DNA of 64,000 nt, from the NCBI GenBank assembly GCA_963732675.1, contig CAVTAJ010000013.1, forward strand, positions 34,137 to 98,136. The letters are read 5' to 3'. The notes under the pieces are model-generated. The model saw nothing but the letters and a program-made list of their open reading frames with translations. It was not told where the DNA came from and did not search any database. This stretch comes from Nitrospirota bacterium (GTDB lineage: Bacteria > Nitrospirota > UBA9217). A program made the translations under genes and the position numbers. Below are positions 57,706-64,000 of this stretch, in pieces; the stretch's first letter is position 1, and each line of letters starts with the position of its first letter.

Positions 57706-58630
57706 ATGAATGAATACAATATCGTCCGAACTTCCTGTACTCTACACTCCGCACTCGGACTTACCGTGACCCTCGCTGAAGCCATCAACAATGCGGCAAC
57801 CCTGTTATCAACAGCGGGCATAACCAATGCCCGGCTCGACGCCGAAGTGCTTCTTTCTCATATCATTATGAAAGACCGCGTCTGGCTCATCACTCATCGA
57901 GATGATGTGCTCGATGATAACCATCAGCGGGAGTTTGCCGACGTGATCCAGCGCAGGACCAGGCGCGAACCGCTTCAGCATATCATCGGCAACCAGGAAT
58001 TCTGGGGCCTTGAGTTCATAGTCTCACCCGACGTGCTCATCCCCAGACCCGAGACCGAGTTCATCATTGAAGCGGCACTCGCGATCGTGCAGGACCGGAA
58101 CACGCCGGTCAGGATCATTGATCTCTGCACCGGCTCAGGCTGTATCGCCGTGAGCCTGGCAAAAGAACTGACCGCTGCCCGCGTTATCGCGACCGATGCC
58201 TCTGAGAAAGCCCTTGCCGTGGCACGGGAGAACACCCGCAGGCATGGAGTTTCAGAACACATACGGTTTCTCCTGGGCGATCTGTTCGAACCACTGGAAG
58301 AACTGGACATTCGCGGGCAGATCGATATCATTGTATCGAATCCGCCCTATGTGCAGGCAGGCGATCTGTCCACGCTCCAGCCCGAGGTGAGGGATTACGA
58401 GCCTGAGATGGCGCTCATCGCCGGCCCCGAGGGAACGGAGATGGCGAAGAGGATCATCCAGCACGCGCCGGAGTATCTGAAGAAGAACGGCGCGCTCATC
58501 ATGGAAATGGGGCTGGGTCAGGCAGAGGCGCTCACGCGGATGGTCGAAGCAACCGGCGCATATCGGCAACCCGCGAACTCTGAAGGACCTGGCGGGAATT
58601 GAACGAGTGATTGTCGCAAGAAAGGCGTAG
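57706..58630 (+). CDS. prmC: Release-factor glutamine N5-methyltransferase PrmC/HemK (one frame break)
   Basis: SAM motif IIDLCTGSGCIA and NPPY in IIVSNPPYV. The C-terminus continues in another frame from ~58565 (..NPRTLKDLAGIERVIVARKA, stop 58628-58630). An alternative start is GTG 57766. Confidence 0.8.
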
Positions 58631-58715
58631 GACGTCAGGAGCCAGCACCCAGGAGCCAGAAGAGAGCCCACGGATTTTCTCCTGACTCCTGACTGCGCTC
58701 ACTACTGGATTCATC

Positions 58716-59963
58716 ATGAAATCAATCTATATCAATGGCGGAAAAAAACTGAGCGGTGAGGTCTTCATCAGCGGTGCCAAGAACGCCGCGCTCCCGATCC
58801 TTGCGGCAGCGCTTCTGTGCGAGGGGAAACACCGGGTAGCAAATGTCCCTCGCCTGGCGGACGTTACGACCTTCGGCAGGATCCTCCAGAACATGGGGGT
58901 GTCCTTCGAGCGGCAGGACAGTGACGTTCTGATCGATTCCACTGCACTCGCGAACCCTGAGGCGCCCTACGATCTCGTGCGGACCATGCGTGCATCGGTC
59001 CTGGTGCTCGGGCCGCTCGTGGCGCGCATGGGCAAGGCGCGCGTGTCGCTGCCCGGCGGCTGCGCCATCGGGGCCCGGCCGATCAACCTGCACCTCATGG
59101 GCCTTGAAAAGCTCGGCGCGACCGTCGAGATCGAACACGGCTATGTCGTGGCAAGCGCAAAGAGACTTCGCGGCGCCAACATCTATTTCGACACCGTGAC
59201 CGTGACCGGTACCGAGAACATCATGATGGCCGCCGCGCTCGCGGAGGGGGAAACGGTCCTCGAGAACGCCGCGCGGGAGCCCGAGATCGTTGACCTCGCG
59301 AACGCCCTCATCCAGATGGGCGCGACGATCGAGGGAGCGGGCACGGACATCATCCGGATCCAGGGCGTCGAGAAACTCCGTCCCATGGACTACTCCGTCA
59401 TGCCGGACAGGATCGAGACCGGGACCTTCGTGATCGCCGCGGCCATAACCAGGGGAACGGTCACGATCAAGAACTGTGTTCCCGGCCATCTCGATGCCGT
59501 GCTCGCGAAAGTGGCCGAGGCAGGGGCAGTGATAAAGACCGATGACAGCACGATCCAGGTCACTGGTCAGCGCACGATCAAGCCCGTGAACGTCAAGACG
59601 CTGGAGTATCCCGGTTTTCCCACGGACATGCAGGCACAGATCATGAGCCTGATGTCCCTCGCGGAAGGCACGAGCGTTATCAACGAGACCATCTTCGAGA
59701 ACCGTTTCACGCATGTGGCGGAACTCCGGAGAATGGGGGCCGATATCCAGACCGACGGACGCACCGCGATCATCAAAGGCGTGCCGAAGCTTTCCGCGGC
59801 GCCGGTGATGGCAACGGACCTCCGTGCGAGCGCGTCGCTCATCCTTGCCGGTCTCGCGGCCGAAGGAGAGACGGTGATATCGCGCATCTACCATCTTGAC
59901 CGGGGATATGATAATATTGAGCAGAAGCTCTCGGCGTTGGGAGCGGACATTAAGAGGGTATAG
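58716..59963 (+). CDS. murA: UDP-N-acetylglucosamine 1-carboxyvinyltransferase
   Basis: 415 aa. [17 protein letters not shown], the active-site region [15 protein letters not shown], and the C-terminal [19 protein letters not shown]. Confidence 0.95.
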   Translation: MKSIYINGGKKLSGEVFISGAKNAALPILAAALLCEGKHRVANVPRLADVTTFGRILQNMGVSFERQDSDVLIDSTALANPEAPYDLVRTMRASVLVLGPLVARMGKARVSLPGGCAIGARPINLHLMGLEKLGATVEIEHGYVVASAKRLRGANIYFDTVTVTGTENIMMAAALAEGETVLENAAREPEIVDLANALIQMGATIEGAGTDIIRIQGVEKLRPMDYSVMPDRIETGTFVIAAAITRGTVTIKNCVPGHLDAVLAKVAEAGAVIKTDDSTIQVTGQRTIKPVNVKTLEYPGFPTDMQAQIMSLMSLAEGTSVINETIFENRFTHVAELRRMGADIQTDGRTAIIKGVPKLSAAPVMATDLRASASLILAGLAAEGETVISRIYHLDRGYDNIEQKLSALGADIKRV

Positions 59964-60084
59964 AATACATAGCAATACCTGCCACAGAGCTCACGAGGAT
60001 TCAGAGAAATAGCTGATTTGACATTATTTCGCGTGTTTGATTGTCCTCTGTGCATCTGTGGCTGAAATATCATGAAGGATAGTC

Positions 60085-61377
60085 ATGAAGATCATCGACT
60101 CACAGCAAAAAGACATCGTCTCCGAGCTCAAGCGCATCATCAACCGCGGCGAGACCGCGACCGAGGAAGTCGCCATTGTCGTGAAAGAGGTCGTCGAGCG
60201 CGTTCGCAAGCAGGGCGACCCGGCAGTGCTCGAATACACCGAGAAGTTCGACCGGGTGACTCTCACGCTCAAGGACCTCAAGGTCTCTCCTGAGGAGATC
60301 AGGGATGCCTATGCCAGGGTCGAGACGAAGAAGGTGGACGCGCTCAAGCTTGCGGCGCAGAACATCCGCGCTTTTCATGAAAAACAGAAGATCAGCACCT
60401 GGGTCAACCAGGAGGCCGATGGCGTTATCCTCGGCCAGCTTGCTCGGCCGATCCGGAGCGTCGGCGTCTACGTGCCCGGCGGCAAGGCGTGCTACCCGTC
60501 TTCTGTGCTGATGAATGTCATTCCCGCCACGGTGGCCGGCGTTGAACAGATCGTGATGTGCTCGCCCGTGCCGGGCGGCATTTTGAACCCCTACATCCTC
60601 GTTGCCGCTGATATCGCGGGTGTGCGCGAGATCTACAAGATCGGCGGCGCGCAGGCCGTCGCGGCAATGGCCTACGGCACTGCCACGATCCCCAAGGTCG
60701 ACAAGATCGTGGGGCCGGGCAATATCTATGTGGCCACGGCAAAACGGTACGTTTTCGGTCAGGTGGACATCGACATGATCGCTGGTCCGAGCGAGATCCT
60801 GATCATCGCTGACGACTCGGCGAATCCGGCGTTCGTGGCCTCGGACCTGCTGTCGCAGGCGGAACACGATGAGCTTGCATCCTCGATCCTGGTCACTACC
60901 TCACGCGAACTGGCGGAAAAAGTCGGCGCAGAGGTCGAGGTTCAGCTTGCGAACCTGAGCAGGAAAGAGATCGCGCGCAAGGCCATCGAGCGGTTCGGTG
61001 CGATCGTACTCGTGAAAACGCTGCAGGATGCCGCTGATGTCTCGAACTCCATCGCGCCCGAGCATTTGGAGCTTGCGGTCGAGAAGCCCTTCGAGCTGCT
61101 CGCATCGATCAAGAACGCCGGCGCCATATTCCTCGGCCACTACACACCCGAGTCCGTGGGCGATTACATCGCCGGTCCGAACCATGTACTGCCGACGGGC
61201 GGCACGGCCAGGTTCTTCTCGCCCCTGTCCACGGACAGCTTCATGAAAAAATCCAGCCTCATCTTCTACACAAAGGAGGGCCTGGACAAGGTGGCTGAGG
61301 CCGTGATGCAGATCGCGGACGTGGAAGGGCTTGAAGCCCACGGGAACACGATCAGGGTGAGGATGGCGAAGAAATAA
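60085..61377 (+). CDS. hisD: Histidinol dehydrogenase
   Basis: 430 aa. VYVPGGKACYPSSVLMN, IAGPSEILIIAD, SQAEHD and PEHLEL motifs. Confidence 0.95.
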   Translation: MKIIDSQQKDIVSELKRIINRGETATEEVAIVVKEVVERVRKQGDPAVLEYTEKFDRVTLTLKDLKVSPEEIRDAYARVETKKVDALKLAAQNIRAFHEKQKISTWVNQEADGVILGQLARPIRSVGVYVPGGKACYPSSVLMNVIPATVAGVEQIVMCSPVPGGILNPYILVAADIAGVREIYKIGGAQAVAAMAYGTATIPKVDKIVGPGNIYVATAKRYVFGQVDIDMIAGPSEILIIADDSANPAFVASDLLSQAEHDELASSILVTTSRELAEKVGAEVEVQLANLSRKEIARKAIERFGAIVLVKTLQDAADVSNSIAPEHLELAVEKPFELLASIKNAGAIFLGHYTPESVGDYIAGPNHVLPTGGTARFFSPLSTDSFMKKSSLIFYTKEGLDKVAEAVMQIADVEGLEAHGNTIRVRMAKK

Positions 61378-61482
61378 TATATTGAGAAATTGGAAGTCGG
61401 AAATTGTAAATTATAAGAAGTTTCCAATCTTTCAATCTTCCAATTACTTGCTGTCAGGAATAATAGCATTGAAGGAGGTCAC

Positions 61483-62405
61483 ATGCCTGTAAAATCAAAG
61501 AAACAAACAACGAAAGCACGCAGCTCTCGCAAGTCAAAAGCTCAAGCTCGGCCTGCCCAAGGGCAGCCTGCAGGAGTCGACCTTCAAGCTCTTCGGCAAG
61601 GCAGGGTACCGCGTGCAGGTCAGTTCGCGCAGCTACTATCCGACCATCGACGACGTGAACATCGACTGCACCCTCGTCCGCGCCCAGGAGATGGCGCGTT
61701 ATGTCGATATCGGCATCTTCGATGTCGGCCTTACGGGCAAGGACTGGATCCTCGAGCAGAACGCCGATGTGGTCGAGGTTGCCGAGCTCCGCTATGCCAA
61801 GGGCGGCTTGAATCCGGTGCGCTGGGTCGTGGCCGTGCCTGAGGATTCGAAGATCAAAACCATCAAGGACCTGAAAGGCAAGCGCATCGCCACGGAGCTC
61901 GTGGGCTATACAAAGCGTTATCTCAAGTCCAAGGGAGTCACTGCCGAGATCGAGTTCTCCTGGGGCGCCACGGAGGTGAAGCCTCCCCGCCTCGCCGACG
62001 CGATCGTGGAGCTCACCGAGACCGGCAGCTCGCTCCGCGCGAACAATCTCCGCATCATTGAAGTGATGCTTGAGTCCACCACGCGGCTCATCGCGAACAA
62101 GAAGGCCTGGAGCGACCCCTGGAAACGGAAGAAGATCGAGAACATGGCCATGCTGCTCCAGGGTGCGCTCGCTGCCGAGGAAAAGGTCGGCCTCAAGATG
62201 AACGCGCCCAAGGCGAACCTGCAAGGAGATCTGCGGCCTCCTCCCCTCCCTGCATGCGCCGACGATCTCTCAGCAGACCGACCCGGCGTGGGTCAGCCTG
62301 GAAGTGATCCTCGACGAAAAGCAGGCCCGTGACCTGATCCCCCGGCTCAAACGCCGCGGCGCATCGGGGATCGTGGAATATCCGCTGAACAAGGTGATTT
62401 CGTAA
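61483..62405 (+). CDS. hisG: ATP phosphoribosyltransferase, long form (two frame breaks)
   Basis: [23 protein letters not shown].., [12 protein letters not shown], and a C-terminal regulatory domain ..[59 protein letters not shown] (stop 62403-62405). Breaks lie near 61540 (A-run) and 62225. Confidence 0.8.
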
Positions 62406-62612
62406 ATACCAAACCCGTACAAACGGGAACCAATAGAAACCAGGTCAACGTCTTTGACACGGATAACGGCGGTATGGAAATCCCAGGATCATTGACATGA
62501 CATCGGCATGAACCGGTTCACAGCGCTTAATTCAATCAGTGTAAATCAGTGACAAAGAAGTTGACTTTTTTCTACCCACGTTTGGTAGAATATGACTCGT
62601 AAGTCACTAAAT

Positions 62613-62646
62613 AAAAAAAGGCGGCCATCTGGCCGCCTTTTTTTCT
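62613..62646. terminator. Bidirectional rho-independent terminator between hisG and the convergent gene
   Basis: A7-AGGCGGCC-ATCT-GGCCGCCT-T9: a perfect GC-rich stem flanked by A and T runs. Confidence 0.8.
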
Positions 62647-62671
62647 GTGAAAACCGCGCAACAGCTTTTTT

Positions 62672-64000
62672 CTAATCCCTGCCCGACTTTGTGATAACGT
62701 CTTTGAGACCGGCTTTCAGGCCCTCTGCTGATGTGATCGGCGCTGAACACCGCTTCCCGACACAGAGGTAGACGGCTTCCTGGAGCGGGTAGTTGAGCTT
62801 CTTGATCTCCTTCGCGTCCTCTGAAAGTGAAAGCACGCGCACGGCCTTCTCCGGAACAGAGAGACGGTTGATCGTTGACAGATAGTTCCGGGCCCCTTCC
62901 CCATCAGCAAGTATGATGATCTGAACGGGTTCCCCCACGATCCAAAGCAGCACGGTACCGTATGTCCCTGCCTGAGGAGAGAATTTTTCATATTCTCTCG
63001 AGATGCTCGCTGTAACAATATCACGGACGACCTTCAGCTTCTCATATTCTCCGGTAAAGCCAAGCCTGCTCAGAAAACGGACTGCCCGGTAGTTGGCAAG
63101 ATTCTCATTCACGTCCGACAAGACCCCTGCCGTGACCGGCTTTTTGATCGGCGTGTCGGGGTTGGCACGGAGCCGCTTCGTCGACCTTTCATAGCGGCTG
63201 CTCACAAGCCGGCCGATCTCTTGTGCTGTCCGCAGATAACGCCTTTCTCCCGTTGTATTGTACAGATCGAGCATGGCTGATCCAAAGAGCGCATTGTCTG
63301 AAAGAAGCCCCTTGAGAGACGGCGCTCCGTTACGGAAGGCGTGGAAGACCCCTTCGTCCCCGGCTGACACGTTCCGGAGCAGGAACTCCGCGCTCTTGAC
63401 GGCCATGTCAAGATAGATGTGTCTCTCCGGTCGCGTTGTAAGCGGCAACGAGAGCGCTGATCATGAGAGAGGAGGAATCGGCATAGGTCGTCTTATCAAC
63501 AAAAGGCGGCCTCAGGCCTTTCCGGTCCTGCTTTTTGTAGTAACTCTCATCAGCGTCCTGGCTGCCATACAATGCGCCGCTTGCGGGATCATACAGCCTG
63601 GCCTGCACGAACCGTATGCTCTCGCGGACGACAGTGAGATACTCGTTGCTGTTGAACACCAGCGAAGCATCCGCGTAGTTCCTGATCATGCCGGCGTTCA
63701 CCTCGAGCATCTTTTCAAAGTGCGGCTCGGACCAGTCCGGCTTTGTGGCATAGCGGAAAAAGCCCCCCTCGACCTTGTCGTAGAGCCCGCCCTTTGCCAT
63801 CCCATCGAGGGTCTTCGTGACGATCTTTTTTATGCTCGCGTCCTTGTTCCGCGCATACCGGGAAAGCAGGAAGTCGATCGCGTCCGGATTCGGGAACTTC
63901 TGATTGTGTCCGAATCCCCCATGGATGATCGTCAAAGGAATTTTTCAGGACCTCCGTGATCTTGTCGAGCTCGCCCTTGTCCGGCAGACTTCTCAGGCCG
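62672..64000 (-). CDS. YyaL/DUF255-type thioredoxin-domain protein, C-terminal six-hairpin part (partial; at least 2 frame breaks)
   Basis: HGGFGHNQKFPNP, GGLYDKVEGGFFRYATKPDWSEPHFEKML and DADESYYK.. are typical of this family. Pieces 63408..63935 and 62672..63448 join near 63430. A further shift near 63940 links to the upstream ..ELDKITEVLKNS. The gene runs off the window. Confidence 0.75.

Overview
Chromosomal segment, moderately GC-rich by eye, from a Gram-negative, anaerobe-like sulfur-cycling bacterium. The gene content resembles Desulfobacterota or Nitrospirota, but that is inference only. I found no rRNA, tRNA, CRISPR array, integrase or transposase. Content from left to right: (1) 0-11 kb holds stress, envelope and housekeeping genes: Usp, an AhbD/NirJ-like radical SAM enzyme, tandem YtxH proteins, SodC, YihY, a ClsB-like PLD, a NagA-like amidohydrolase, a His-rich RHH protein, an AEC transporter and an AmpG-like MFS. 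(2) 11.7-18.2 kb is an envelope module: a 1289-aa NHL/FN3/transglutaminase-like/TPR protein, transcribed divergently from a beta-helix/FN3 protein with a CFIATAAFG C-terminal anchor, which is translationally coupled to an outer-membrane beta-barrel. (3) 18.8-35 kb is a sulfur-trafficking island. It contains two mirror-oriented paralogous DsrE-like three-gene sets, one with TusA and one with an exported rhodanese. It also contains a long YeeE/YedE + TusA + Gly-Tyr repeat protein operon, and a second YeeE next to a sensor kinase and a PAS-sigma54 activator. The kinase has a periplasmic CXXCH motif and Ser at the H-box His position; the activator has no receiver domain. Four Usp genes lie in the window overall. 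(4) 36.5-38.1 kb encodes a Rieske / split cytochrome b complex. (5) 38.2-53.1 kb is a large type IV pilus locus: pilMNOPQ, four minor pilins including a 680-aa PilX-like beta-propeller protein, a TMTC/PMT-like TPR protein, three tandem pilins, a GspG-like pseudopilin and pilC. (6) 53.3-64 kb is a housekeeping run: rho, rpmE, DUF1385, prfA, prmC, murA, hisD, hisG and a convergent YyaL-like gene. Two cross-cutting observations. First, roughly two dozen single-base frame breaks interrupt otherwise clear genes, housekeeping genes included, so coordinates of broken genes are reconstructions. Second, many intergenic spacers contain phased 6-9 nt word repeats, and one heptamer tract lies inside a prepilin leader. 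All functional calls rest on motif recognition by eye; no database search was possible.
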